A stretch of DNA of 63,179 nucleotides, counting the filler, from Octopus bimaculoides (lineage: Eukaryota), in NCBI RefSeq assembly GCF_001194135.2. It is 6 parts of 6 records of this genome, joined end to end, with 100 filler letters (N's around TTAATTAATTAA, not from the genome) between each part and the next. Parts side by side here need not be neighbours in the genome. Positions count along the whole stretch, not along the records: positions 11,989 to 28,636 come from NC_068989.1; 5 more parts are not named here. The stretch is one strand, 5' to 3'. The notes under the pieces are model-generated. The model was given only the letters and a program-made list of their open reading frames with translations. It was not told the origin of the DNA and did no database searches. A program made the position numbers and the translations under genes. The first letter of the stretch is position 1. Every line of letters begins with the position of its first letter. Positions 13,345-26,584 of the stretch are shown here, piece by piece.

Positions 13345-16236
13345 TTAATGAAGGATGTGTATCACTGCTGTTATACCCAGATTTCAACTGCTGCCCTTAC
13401 CTGGAAATTGTACCAGTTTACAATCTTGCCCTTATTTAGAAGTGCAGTTGACTATCAAGGTTTCAACTGTTGCTCTTATTTAGAGGTTTAGTGACTGTAT
13501 TTAACTAGAGGAACAGTACAGTGGCTCTACCAATATTTTTACCCTTGCTCTTAATATCAATAGTCTGACATCATAACCTGCAATTATCATGTCTCTTCAC
13601 TGAAAATAAACTATTCACTTGACATGACAACAGAATCTCAAACATTAAGGACATTCATTACAAATGAAAATTTTACAATCAATATGCAGAAAATGTTTAC
13701 TTATTTTGTCTTGGACTTATTTTTATTGTTTGATCTTCTTTCATTCAGATATTCTTCAGTTTCAATTTCTCTGGGACACTTTCATTAACTTTAAAAGATT
13801 CCCATAAAAATGTCTTTATCTCTCATCACTGCACTCACCCATTCTTTCTCTGTACTTTGTTCTCTTTCTCTCTCTCAGCACACTGTATGTAGTTATCTGA
13901 ATTATTCTCAGTCATTTATTGATGTACCATGCTTGGGTGCCACTCCTAACTATTTCAGCTGATACATTACACTATGTCTGGGTGCTACTGTCTCCCCTTT
14001 TGACATTTGAAGGGGTGGGGCATCCAACTATTTTAAATTTGTTTTATATATCTTTTATCTCCACCTCCTTGAACCTTTCCTGCCTCTTATCCAACCACTT
14101 CTATATTAATCATATCAATATTTAATTTCTACTTAATCTTGGGAGAGATAGAGAGAGGGTGTGAGAAAGTGAGGTTAGATCCATATAGATCTGAAATTGA
14201 GGGAAAACATTTGTCCTCAGACAATCCTGTTCTATCAGAGATATATTTTTTTTTTGCCAAGAGATTTCACTTGCTTTCCTCTTTTTCATATTTGGTGAAG
14301 GTTTTTCACTTAACTGTCCTTCACACAAGCTGTAGCCACTTGAAATGCCTGACAGCTTTTAATGGTGTTTGCTTTGTTAGTTGGAAGCTGCTTCTTCAAC
14401 TTCTTTGAGAAAGTCTCAAGATTTTTGTAATTCTTAGCACACTTTGGCAAAATTCTTATCTGAAGATACCCTCCCCCGTCTTTATCTTTCTGTCTCACTC
14501 ACTCACGCACTCACTCTCTCTCTCGTACACACACACACACACACACAAATGGAGAAGATATTGGACAACTAGTTTGTGAGCCAGGAGTTCCAATCTACCC
14601 CAAATACTTTACTACTGTCTCTGGGCCTAGCACTTTTAATTCTATGCCATAATTTATTTAGATGTTAGCATTAGGTAACTGCCAACCTCATGATATTACC
14701 TATGAACAGAATAGGGTTGGATTCTATCAAGAGAAAGTTTCAGGTTGTCACAAGTAGTAGTGATGTTAGTGCTACTTCAGTGCAAAGTGCTGACTTCATG
14801 ATAGCTTGTTTGCATGTGAAAACGTTATTATTATTTTGATGTACAGGCTTTATAACACCACTTATTTAATTCTATTGGGATTTGAGGTCTGTAACACAGC
14901 GTTGTGTCGCGAACTGAAATTGAACAAGGTGGTAGGAAATATAAATAGTATGGCTGAAAAATAACTTGATCTATTTAGAAATATGTCACAACTTAGAGAA
15001 ATTGTATACAGCAACTTGTTTCACAGAAACATTTCCCTACAGACTTTCAGACAATTTTCCGTTGTTGTTATAACATCCAAACTTAATGAAAATTCTGATG
15101 CAACAAGCTTTTCTTCAATAACGCCTTTTGACACGTTATATATGTGCCACTATAAATCCAGACATATTTTTTCTCTCTCTGACTATTTTCTGTCCTCATT
15201 CCATTCTGCAGAAGAGCATAGACTCAAAATGTCAAATACTCCTCTCTTTTTACTGAGTATCAAACTAATACTCTTTGTTTGTTGTTCCTTTACCTGTCTC
15301 TGTCTTGTTTTTTGTACAATTTTGAACCATATATACATCATCGTCGTTTAACATCTGCTTTCCATGCTAGCATGGGTTGGACGATTTGACTGAGGACTGG
15401 TGGACTAGGAGGTGACACCAGGCTCCAATTTGATTTGGCAGTTTCTACAGCTGGATGCCCTTCCTAACGCCAACCACTCCGAGAGTGTAGTGGGTGCTTT
15501 TACATGCCACCGGCACGAGGGCCAGTCAGGTACATACATATTTATATATGTATGTGGTTTTAAGGGTATCATGGAAGGCCTGGTTGGAGGCCCAACCTTC
15601 CAAGTTCTTTTGCAGAAAAACTGAAGGACTGCTGCAATAAGTGTGTGAATCTGAGAGGGGAATATCATCGTCATCATCATCATCATTTAACGTCTGTTGT
15701 CCATGCTGGCATGGGTCAGACAGTTTGACTGGGTTGGCATGCTGGAAGGCTGTGCTAGGCTCCAGTCTGATTTGGCATGGTTTTCTGCAGCTGGATGCCC
15801 TTCCTAACACTAACCACTCTGAAAGTGTAATGGGTGCTTTTAGTTGCCACAGGCATTGGTGCTATTTGTGTGACGCTGGTATTTGCCACGACTGTAATTT
15901 TTCTTGGCTTCATGAATCTTCTTCTTATAGGATAAAATCATAATTAACTGATCCTCCTCCTGTATTTTCTTTTACCCAAAGCCAGGAACTTTTCAGCACC
16001 CCCTTGTATATATAATTTCTACTATAGCAGAAGGCCTGGAATTGTGGAGGAAAGAGCTAGTCAATTATATTGATCCCAGTGCTCAACTGGACTTATTTTA
16101 TTGATGCCAAAATGATGAANNNNNNNNNNCAATTATATTGATCCCAGTGCTCAACTGGACTTATTTTATTGATGCCAAAATGATGAAAAACAAAGTCAAG
16201 CTTTATCAAGATGTCCTAAGTCTGCTAAATTGCTAC

Positions 16237-16272
<36 letters not shown>

Positions 16273-17429
16273 TACTTCCAACATCATCAATATAGACATC
16301 AAAATAGTCGTCATTACCACTATGATTACTACTTTCACTAATACCACAATGATTGCCATCATCATCATCATCATCATAAGATTTAGATCCTATTTTTCCA
16401 AGTGACTGAGGTTAGAATTTTAGGGGTATTTTTCAATGGGGTTTTGGATTTTGGGCCAGTGCTTAAGAACATTGGTAGTCTGTAGTTAAAAAACAATGTT
16501 GTAAATTCAAGCTATTCTAAAGAATGTGCATTTTCCATGTGTTTTCCCATGTTAACATGGGTTAGATGCATAGATATGATTGAGGCATTGTTCTACAATG
16601 AGATGCCTTTCCTGTCACTAACCTTTTACCTGTTTTTTAATTAAAGGATTTCTTACTCCTCATTTTTGAAAGTGCAAGAGGATTTGTTGGGAGGTAAATT
16701 TCATTACTTTTAGCTTATGTTTTTTTATGTAGCATGTGCAGGTTGTCATGATGCACACACAAATACATGCACATGTGTCAGCAACCCACCACATACACAT
16801 GGCGAGCTTTGTGCACTGTCCATCAACCAAATTCACTGACGAGATATTAACCAATCTGGGGCTTGTGAGTGAACCCAAAACCATGTGGTTAACTAAAAAA
16901 ATAGTGAATACTAAGCTCAAGAAAGAAATTTTCTCGTGCAGAAACAGAACTCTAGTTTCAAAATGGCACCCAAAAATAAATAAATAAATGAATAAATAAT
17001 AGTGGATTGTTTGAATTAGTACTGGAAATCACTAGAATTAATATGATTAGTAGTTGTGATGGTTGTTTGTCCCTTTATTATTGTAATAAGGGCACAACTG
17101 AAGCTCCAGATAGTCATGTAGGGATTCACTGAAATGGCACCTCATTCTTTTCTCTAGGACTAAATTTGAACATATCAACAGCAACTTAGCGAACAGAGGA
17201 TCTCTAGATGGTTTCTTGACCAGCTAGAAAGAGCAGCTGAATCTCCCTCAAATCATGACCTATTAATTTAAATAACAGCTTGTACATTTAAGAACACAGT
17301 GCCACTGAACCTATTAGAAATAACAGTCAAATATCAGATCACACTCTACAAGAATGAAGGACACATTGGATAATGTGGTCCTTGATAGAATCTACCTGGG
17401 AAAAGTAAAGAAATGATGCAATGGTTCTA

Positions 17430-17556
17430 CAGGGTGTCCACAAAGTCTGGGTACATGGGGATTAACACATACTTTAAGAAATTATTATTTCTTATATTTA
17501 ATTGTTTATGTTATGATTTTATTTACTCCATGTAGTCAGACTTTGTGGACACCCTG
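17430..17556. mobile_element. Tc1/mariner-type MITE (127 bp)
   Basis: TA TSD; perfect 20-bp TIR CAGGGTGTCCACAAAGTCTG, extendable to 29 bp with 2 mismatches. Confidence 0.92.
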
Positions 17557-17599
17557 TAGTTTAAATGCCTTTAACCAATAAGTTTGTTTGGCCATTTCT

Positions 17600-17986
17600 G
17601 TTGTTGTTGGTACTCCGTCGCTTACGACGTCGAGGGTTCCAGTTGATCCAATCAACGGAACAGCCTACTCGTGAAATTAACGTGCAAGTGGCTGAGTACT
17701 CCACAGACACGTGTACCCTTAACGTAGTTCTCGGGGATGTTCAGTGTGACACAGTGTGACAAGGCTGACCCTTTGAATTACAGGCACAACAGAAACAGGA
17801 AGTAAGAGTGAGAGAAAGTTGTGGTGAAAGAGTACAGCAGGGTTCGCCACCATCCCCTGCCAGAGCCTCGTGGAGCTTTAGGTGTTTTCGCTCTATAAAC
17901 ACTCACAACGCCCGGTCTGGGAATCGAAACCGCGATCCTATAACCGAGAGTCCGCTGCCCTAACCACTGGGCCATTGCGCCTCCAC
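17600..17986 (-). mobile_element. Full-length tRNA-derived SINE with TSD
   Basis: 5' GGAGGCGCAATGGCCCAGTGGTTAGG (box A) ... GGTTTCGATTCCC (box B), (CAA)n tail. Flanked by TTGGCCATTTCT (17588-17599) and TTAGCCATTTCT (17987-17998). CpGs retained. Confidence 0.9.
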
Positions 17987-18824
17987 TTAGCCATTTCTAA
18001 CCCTAGGTTAAACCACAATAACTTGTTCTTGTAGACTACATAAACTGATTTTTATGTTTTTCGATGTGTAGGCTTTGTCTTTTATGTCCTTAGTTGGAAT
18101 TCTCTATAATGCAATTAATTCAAGAATGTAAATCCTTGAAAAGCTTCCACCAGTCATAGTAAAGTAAGTAGACATAGAATGGTAGATGTGGTTTATCTTA
18201 ATATAGTGGAATATTTATTGATTTTCAGATCATAGATCCATATCTTTATTTCAGTATGTTGCTCTTAGTGTCTTAATTAGCCTGGTTGAAAATAGAGTTG
18301 CTTTTGTCACCGTTGTTGTCTTCCACTACCACCACCATAACTGTTGCTGCTGCTTCATCATTATCATTGTTGTCAGCATCATCATCATCATTAACTGGAT
18401 GTCTATAGAGAAACGTTTGAGTGACAGCCATGAAAACACTTAATGACAACATGTATACAGATATTCAAATTTGCTTAAACTATTCTACCTATGCTGTCAT
18501 CATAATTGTTGTCATCCACATCATCCATCAGTTTGTTTTATCATCTAATGTTTCATGTTGTGCAAGGGTTTCACTGGTCTGCATTACAACACATTGTTAC
18601 TCTTATTCCTTTGTCATATCATCTGTGAGTTCATGTTAGCACTTTTTCCCACCTTTTCCTATGATGGAAGTCCTTTTTACTGTCGATAAATATGAATCAG
18701 CAAAAAAGGACTCCCTGTGCTTACTGGAACTGCTTGAAATAAGAGCCAAACTATCTTCAAACTAAACCCTAACATCTTGAAAAGAACATATTGGATAATG
18801 TAGAACAAGGTTCAGCATATCTAA

Positions 18825-19388
18825 CCCGTTAGCATTTAAACTGTCCATATCTAGCCCAAATATTTTACCCGTTTTCTGTTAAAACTGACCAGATCCAACC
18901 TCTCACATCTACTTACAATGTCATTTTAAAAATATACAGACACACCATTGAAATCTCCAACCTACAAGATAATGCGTGATTGATTCAAAACAATGTGAAT
19001 AAATAAGCAATCATCATCATCGTTTAACATCCGCTTTCCATGCTAGCATGGGTTGGACGATTTGACTGAGGATTGGTGAACCAGATGGCTACACCAGGCT
19101 CCAATCTGATTTGGCAGAGTTTCTACAGCTGGATGCCCTTCCTAATGCCAACCACACAGAGAGTGTTGTGGGTGCTTTTACGTACCACCGGCATGAAGGC
19201 CAGTCAGGCGGTACTGGCAACGGCCACTCTCGAAATGGTGTATTTTACGTGCCACCTGCACAGGAGCCAGTCCAGCGGTACTGGCAACGAACTCGCTCGA
19301 ATGTCTTTTCACGTGCCACTGGCACAAGTGCCAGGAAGGCGACGTTGGTAAGCAATACATTTGACAAAGAAATCTGAAAGCTAAATGG
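18825..19388. mobile_element. piggyBac-type MITE, same family, interrupted by retroposon C
   Basis: CTAA-CCCGTTAGCATT ... GCTAAATGG-TTAA. The MITE body resumes after the TSD at 19357. Confidence 0.85.
19012..19348 (-). mobile_element. Retroposon family C with (GAT)n tail, flanked by an 8-bp TSD
   Basis: 3' end ...AGGAAGGGCATCCAGCTGTAGAAAC...CCCATGCTAGCATGGAAAGCGGATGTTAAACGATGATGATG. TSD TAAGCAAT at 19004-19011 and 19349-19356. Other copies at 15336-15531 and 15665-15900; fragments at ~1060-1105 and ~2527-2580. Confidence 0.85.
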
Positions 19389-21332
19389 TTAAAGAACANN
19401 NNNNNNNNNNNNNNNNNNNNNNNNNNNNNNNNNNNNNNNNNNNNNNNNNNNNGGCTAAAGAACAACGACCAGCATCAGTAAAAACATTTATTGACTCTGT
19501 GCTGCTTATCCATTTATGTAACATGCCTAGTACAGTGGAGTTGGAGTTGTCTATCTCACATACTCGTCTGTTATTTAAAAAAATAGTTCTGTAAAGTATT
19601 TTGATTATCATGCTCTGTTGAATTTGTACCCAGTACTGTCTGTAAGTTCCCGAACTGTTTATAACTTATTCTCTTTCTTGTCTGCTCACCTCCATTATAA
19701 TACTAAAGCTAAGCATCAGCCTTTAACAGCTCCATTGTCCCCACTAGAAATTATTTACATGACATTTTCCCTATCATCACAAATATACAATTTGAACTGA
19801 ACATTAGTCATACAAGTTTCTTGCTGTTATTCTTAGCATCCACTCAAATCTTAGTAAGACTATGGACCGTTGTTTTCTTATTATTAGACTAAGGAATAAA
19901 TTCAAAAGAGAAAAAGTAAGGTGAGGGGCAGTTCTAAGAGAGAGAAACTCTTTCCTCCTCATCAAAGGTAATTGCTTCCTAAAACATCAACCAACTATTT
20001 TGAACTCTAGGCACCATGCTCTACTGATCTCTTACCCTCTATACTAATGAGGTCACCTTATCTATTTACTTCCGGTAGACAAGCAACAGTAGTCTATGTA
20101 ATTCTTTCTCTGTGGGAAGTTCATTCTTGTCAGTCACACTAGTTAGTGCGTTTGGTAATATTGATAAGGTTGAAGAGATTTGAACATAGTGGTGTTGTCA
20201 TCATCCACATCGTTATTACTGTTGTTGCAGGCTCATGTAATCACTTTTCCATGTCAGTACATATGATAAAAATAGGTGGTTCCTCTGCTAATCTACAAAG
20301 TGGATATTATAGTGATGGTAATGATGATGATGATATTCAATATCAGTTTTTTGTTTTTTTTTTCACAAGTCAACGTGGGTTGTATAGTCCTGCAAATATT
20401 CTGTGTGATTAGCTTTTAATTTTCCATGTGGGGTAGGTTATGGACAGGATTGGTAGTGGATTAAATGTCTTGTAGTATTTAGTTACATCCCTTCACATTA
20501 TAAGTTCAAATCCTGCTGAAATCAGTTGACTTCAATTTTCATCTTTCCAGAGTTGTCAGATTTGTACCAGTCAGGGTTGATTTAATCAATTAAACACCTT
20601 CTGTGCCCTTATGCCTGTGTTAGAAATTGCTATTTTACTGGGAGGTGAGCATCGGACAGGCTAGCACATGAGATAAAATGCCTTGAAATATTTAGATATT
20701 GAGGGCAGTTTCAGTGACCATATCCTCAAAATTTGTGGTCTTGTGGTATGGTTCTGTGTGATTAAGAAGTTTACTTGACAAACACATTGGTTAACAGTTT
20801 GACAGTATTGCAAAGTTTTAGACAAATTGAATTTCAATTCAATTCAAAATATCTAAATGGATTTGCATAGGGAGAAACTGAAGAAGACTGTCAGCTTCTT
20901 TAATACCACCTCTTAACCTTTAGTTGTTTCTAGCAGCTTCTGTTTTGTAATCATTCAGAGAAGATCTGTTTCATTCTGCCACGAACCATAATTTGTGATT
21001 CTTGCTACTTTATCTTTGCTACTCATAGAAGAACTCTATAGGTTTTTAATACTGCTCTTTCTCCTCTCATTAAGCCATTAATCAAATTTTAGAATCAATT
21101 ATTACTCAGAAATCATTTTTATTGTGTGCTTCCACTGCATTTATTGAATGCAACTGTGTACCCTGGTGATATGGTGTTTTGTTTTTGTTTTAATATATTT
21201 AAGTCCTGGGGTATGTGGTTATGTAATTTGTCTCTGTTTTTTTTTTATTCCAAAAGCAGCTTATTAGAAGGATTGCTTGTTTTCAGCCCCTACTTTCAGG
21301 TTATCTCTATTTCCAGATATTATTATTATTAA

Positions 21333-21497
21333 CCCTTCATTTATGTACAAACTGGTCAAATTCAGCATCTCAAACCTATTCTACAGTGTCGTTGTAAAAA
21401 TAAGCAATCACACCATTGAAATCTTAAAGCTAGAATTAATTCAAAACAATGCAAATGAGTAAGCATTACATTTGACAGTAATCTGAATGCCAAAGAG
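21333..21497. mobile_element. piggyBac-type MITE, decayed copy
   Basis: TTAA-CCCTT...GAATGCCAAAGAG-TTAA, body alignable to 13157-13344. Confidence 0.75.
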
Positions 21498-22031
21498 TTA
21501 AGATGGCAAGCGGGCAGAATCATTGGCATCGCAGACAAAATTTCTTTTGGCTCTTTATATTCTGAGTTCAAATATTGCTGAAGTTAGCTTTGTCTTTCAT
21601 CTCTTCAAGATTGATGAAATAAAGTACTAGTGTCTCTGTAATTGAATTGTTCTGTCCCCTTAAGATTGTTGGCCTTGTGGCCAATATTAGAAAGACGTAT
21701 ATTTTGTTATTATTTCATCATTCAGAGACATTATTTATTGATCCTGGAGGGATGAAAGGTGAAATTAGTCTTGTCAGAATATGAATTGGGGTATATAACT
21801 AAATGACCACTGGATATTTTGTCTGGTACTCTGCCACTTCTGACATTCTCTGTCCTTTATGATGATGAGGATGATGATGATGATGATAACGACAATTATT
21901 ATTATTATTGTTATTATTATTTCTGAAATGGTACCAGGCCACTAATTATGTAGGGAGTGTATTATTGTTAATTAATTCAAGCCCACTGTAGTACAGCTGC
22001 TGGCACCACCACAGGTGGTTTTTTCATGGTA

Positions 22032-22600
22032 CTACACCCTAAGGGTCACCAAGTAGCTTGCAAAGCAAAGACCTCTCTGTTGAGAGAGGGACTGAAACTG
22101 AGGGAAGTGGCTGTGTGCCAGGCAAAAGATTATAGTATTACATAGGGACAGAGATAGCTGTCTTGCTATAGAGGAGATACTTGGATATCCCAGTGGGATA
22201 AGGAAGGGTAGAGATAGAAAGATCGAGAGACAATCAGAGCGAGAAATAGATGGTGTTGGAGATGTATTGGAGCCTACCCACAGGGAAGAGGTAGATGTTC
22301 CATAAGAGGGTGTGGGTAGATGTTTAGAAATGGGGAAGACATGACTGTAGCAAGTGATGGTGAGAGAAATTAGAGTGGTTGGGAAGGGGATATGGTAGGT
22401 ATGTGAGGGAAAGTAAGAAAGCCTGCAGTAGGTGGGGCACATGAGGGAGAGTGGAGGGGAGGGTCTAGCAGCTGATGATGGGAATGTTGGAAAGACAGGT
22501 TGTAGGGGAGTTTTGACAGGACAGAGTATGTGTGTTTATGAGGTGGGGGGGTCCTGGCCATAAAGGACATGTCCAAATGTATTGTTGGCCACAATTTTAC
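22032..22600 (-). mobile_element. Possible highly decayed Penelope-like RT thumb/linker remnant
   Basis: Strongly purine-skewed plus strand. Antisense frames give IPFPTTL and PTPSISRSDCLS, loosely like PLE linker motifs. Confidence 0.3.
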
Positions 22601-22689
22601 TTAGCATGATGTGTCTTCTCAAGCACAACAAATCATGAGAAGTCTCAGTCCCTTGTCAGAGGCTCAATATCTGAAGATCATTTCTCGTC

Positions 22690-23380
22690 ACTTTACCCCT
22701 TGTCTTCCTGGGTCTATCTCTTCCACAGGCTCCTTTCACAATTAGGGCTCACCACCTTTTTTATGCAGCCATCCTCATCCATACACATCACATGACTATA
22801 CCAGCATAGTCTTCTCTCTTGCTCACTATATCCGATGCCTCTTATGCCTAATTTTCCTCTTAAATCATTTACACTCTGTTGTACATGCACACTGATGTAA
22901 CCCAGCTAGCATTTCTTTCAAGCCTTTGCATGTCCCCTGTAGTCAGCCCATATTTCATAAACAGGCATCATACAATCTGCCTTTCACTCTGAGGGAGAGG
23001 CTCTTTATGCCCAACAAAGGTAGTAGCTCTCTAAACTTTACCCAGCCCATTCTTATTCTAACAACTAAGTTTTCAGAACTTCCTCCTCCGCTGCTAACTT
23101 GATCACCAAGGTAACAGAAGTTATCTGCTACTTCTAAGTGCCCTCCCCCACCTCAGAGCATTTGAGGAAGTCTTTTTTTTTTCTCTGCATTCTTAGTGTT
23201 TATTGTATCTGTACATCTGCCACATGCCAACATTCCTTTTTCTGTTAACCTTCCTGTGATACTGCTGCACCTTTTATATGTTCATAGCTTGCACTGGGTA
23301 CATCATATGGAATTTCTACATATCAAGCAGGGCCATCTCCCTGAAGGGATTAGTAATTTGTCTTGTTTTCTTACTGACTA
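22690..23380 (-). mobile_element. RTE-clade LINE RT C-terminal remnant
   Basis: Antisense frames give KFRELLPLL..KSLSLRVKGRLYDAC, MQRLERN, LRGKLGIRGI...QERRLCWYSHVM.MDED, with stops and frameshifts. Confidence 0.75.
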
Positions 23381-23579
23381 GGACTTTGGTTGCAATTAAA
23401 TTAACTCTCAGGATTTTTGATTCCAGACTTTGCTTCCACACCTGAAATTTCTTCCCTAGTTCTTGTAGTGATTCAACTGTAAGACCAATGAAAAAACTGA
23501 ACTGATCTCTGTTTTTCTTACTTTTTCTTTATATAGTCTACCAATTCACTGACCTCATTTTAATAATAATAATAATAAT

Positions 23580-24000
23580 CCTTTCCACTATAGGCACAAA
23601 GCCTGAAATTTTGTAGGAGGACAATAGTCAATTACATTGACCCCCTCCCAGTATCCAACTGGTACTTATTTTATTGACCCTGAAAGGATGAAAGGTAAAA
23701 ATCGAACTCAGAATGTAAAGTTGGATGAAATGCCACTAAGCATTTTGCCTGGTGTACTAACGATTCTGCCGGCTTGCCTTCTCCTTTCGGTTATAGACAC
23801 AAGGACTGAAATTTTAGGGGAGGGGGCCACTTGATTATATTGACCCCAGTGCTCAACTGATATTTTTTCATTATCCCCCCCCCCTCCCAAAAGGATGAAC
23901 AGCAAAGTCGACCTTGGCAGATTTTGAGCTCAATACGTAGTGATGGGTAAAATACCACTAAACATTTTGTCCAGTGTGCTGATTCCGCCAGCTCACGACC
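23580..24000 (-). mobile_element. Two adjacent SINE family A copies, CpG-decayed
   Basis: Same motifs as 39161-39371 with systematic CG to TG/CA changes. Confidence 0.8.
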
Positions 24001-25590
24001 TTTCTTGATAATAATAGTAATTTCCATGAGGAACCACTGCCCATCCTATGAAGTTTCATGTCTTATCCTATCCTATTTCAACCCTGGTAGAATGAAATGC
24101 CAATTTGGGATTCCAAATCAGGACATAAAGAGATGTAGCTAAAAGCAAATTTTCAATGCTCAGCTGATTCAGATAATCCATGGTTTCAATTTCATACTAC
24201 TACTACTACTACTACTACTAGTAATACCAATACTATTACTAATAATGATACTAATACTACTAATAATAATTATCNNNNNNNNNNNNNNNNNNNNNNNNNN
24301 NNNNNNNNNNNNNNNNNNNNNNNNNNNNNNNNNNNNNNNNNNNNNNNNNNNNNNNNNNNNNNNNNNNNNNNNNNNNNNNNNNNNNNNNNNNNNNNNNNNN
24401 NNNNNNNNNNNNNNNNNNNNNNNNNNNNNNNNNNNNNNNNNNNNNNNNNNNNNNNNNNNNNNNNNNNNNNNNNNNNNNNNNNNNNNNNNNNNNNNNNNNN
24501 NNNNNNNNNNNNNNNNNNNNNNNNNNNNNNNNNNNNNNNNNNNNNNNNNNNNNNNNNNNNNNNNNNNNNNNNNNNNNNNNNNNNNNNNNNNNNNNNNNNN
24601 NNNNNNNNNNNNNNNNNNNNNNNNNNNNNNNNNNNNNNNNNNNNNNNNNNNNNNNNNNNNNNNNNNNNNNNNNNNNNNNNNNNNNNNNNNNNNNNNNNNN
24701 NNNNNNNNNNNNNNNNNNNNNNNNNNNNNNNNNNNNNNNNNCATACACACACACACTCATTTTTTTTTTCTAGTTTCAGCTAGTGCACTGTGTGAATATG
24801 TGTTCTGTTGTGTGTGTGTATGATTAAATGTGTTTGTATATAATGTTTACATGTATGTAATATTCCTGTGTATGTCTTTCTCTGTTAAGAGTCCTTTCTT
24901 ATGCTTAAGTATACATACCGATGTGTGAAATAAAACCATTAAGTGATGCTTGAGTTTATTGTGTGTGTACTGTGGATATATCTTTACAGTTAAATGTGGT
25001 GAGAACCAATATTAACTACATGACAGGATATCAAATACATAACAGAATAGCCTGACAGACAATATGTCTCTGTTGCTCGCTTAAGTTTAACTGTCTTGAC
25101 AGATGGGTAGGCAAAGATAGGTAGGCATTTAGTCAAATAGATGGAGAGATAGAAAGATAAACCTAGCCAGCAACAAAACTCATATTGTATCTTATAACTA
25201 CCCTGATATTTTTTGTTGACGTCTTGTCATTTTGTTAATTTTTGTTCTCTCACATTGCTTTAATGTAGATTTAAACTGCAAAGACAAGCATATCCCAAAT
25301 TTACCCCTTTTGTTACCATATTTCTATTGAAATACATTGCCTTTGTTTCAATAAATTTTGAAAATAGTGAAGAATTTAGTAAAATATCTTTGTCATTATT
25401 AAGCTAGTGTTTAAAAAATAAACACAAAGTTATGATGGAAGTTTTAGCTTGTGTCATTGACCCAGGGGCAGTCTCATGTAAATTGGTATCAAAAAGGCTA
25501 ATCGTTTTGTTTTACTTGATATATATATACACACACATATATATATGATTATCAGGAAGACCATTATTTAATACATTTAAAAATGTAGTG

Positions 25591-25627
<37 letters not shown>

Positions 25628-25629
25628 AT

Positions 25630-26058
25630 GTGCCACCGGCACAAGGGCCAGTCAAGCGGTTCTGGCAATGACCACACTCAAAAGGTGTTTTTACGTGCTA
25701 CCTTACATGGGAGCCAGTCTGGCGGCACTGGCAACGACCTCGCTCAAATGTTGTTTTCCACGTGCCACTGGCACATGTGCCGGTAAGGCGATGCTGGCAA
25801 CGATCACGCTTGGATGGTGCTTTTCATGTGTCACCGGTATGGGAGCCAATCAGGTAGTACTGTCATAGGCCACGTCAGCGATTTTAATTTGTTCACACTT
25901 GCCTCAGTAGGTCTTCACAAGCAAAGTTCATTGTCCAATGAATGAGGGGTACTCATAAGTAGGCTGGTTACACCCCACGTTCGAATGTGCTTTTAACGTT
26001 TCACTGGCATGAGTGCCAATCAGGCAGTACTGTCATCGGCCGCATCAGCAATTTTGAT
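25630..26058. repeat. Array of ~66-bp subunits from retroposon family C
   Basis: Units start at 25630, 25695, 25762, 25828 and 25998 (GTGCCAC.GGCA...GCCAGTCAGGCG..ACTGGCAACG..CACGCT...GGTGCTTTT). Confidence 0.75.
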
Positions 26059-26078
26059 GTGTGTGTGTATATATATAT

Positions 26079-26267
26079 ATTTTCCTCTTAAATCATTTAC
26101 ACTCTGTTGTACATGCACACTGATGTAGCCCAGCTAGCATTTCTTTCAAGCCTTTGCATGTCCCCTGTAGTCAGCCCATATTTCACACACAGGCATCATA
26201 CAATCTGCCTTTCACTCTGAGGGAGAGGCTCTTTATGCCCAACAAAGGTAGTAGCTCTCTAAACTTT
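26079..26267 (-). repeat. 189-bp direct copy of 22851-23039 (decayed RTE fragment)
   Basis: 186/189 identical by manual alignment. Confidence 0.9.
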
Positions 26268-26308
26268 GCGCTCCTTCAGTAGCTGGTGTTGGTTGCATTA
26301 ATTTATAC

Positions 26309-26584
26309 CAGTGGTTCCCAAAGTGGGCAGTATTGATCCCCTAGGGATGGTGGAAAATTCCAAGGGTGCGTTGAAGAAGAGTGGGGGTGATAATGGGATA
26401 GTGATTCGTGTAAAAACAACAAGATAATGGGTTCATTAGGTTAAGTTTTATTTGTGAAATACAGTTGTTTTGAATTTGCTTCAGAAAGAGGTCTGTGTTT
26501 GTGATGGTTAGTTGGGGTTGGGGTGCTAGGAATGTGGCCTGGGTGTCAAGGGAGTGGTAGCGTAAAAATGTTTGGGAACCACTG
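26309..26584. mobile_element. hAT-type MITE (276 bp)
   Basis: 14-bp perfect TIR CAGTGGTTCCCAAA; 8-bp TSD ATTTATAC/ATTTACAC. Confidence 0.9.

Noticed and set aside
16062-16187. 58-bp perfect direct repeat around a 10-N gap
   Set aside because: Typical unmerged contig overlap; assembly artefact.
17920-17986. tRNA gene at SINE heads (also 52960-53034 and ~3960-4025)
   Set aside because: Box A/B are present, but no closed acceptor stem or terminator; sequence continues into a SINE body.
22472-22500. CTGATGA-TGGGAATGTTG-GAAA
   Set aside because: No stable helix II, helix III or helix I.
25630-26058. CRISPR-like repeat/spacer array
   Set aside because: Eukaryotic context, degenerate contiguous units with no unique spacers, no cas genes.
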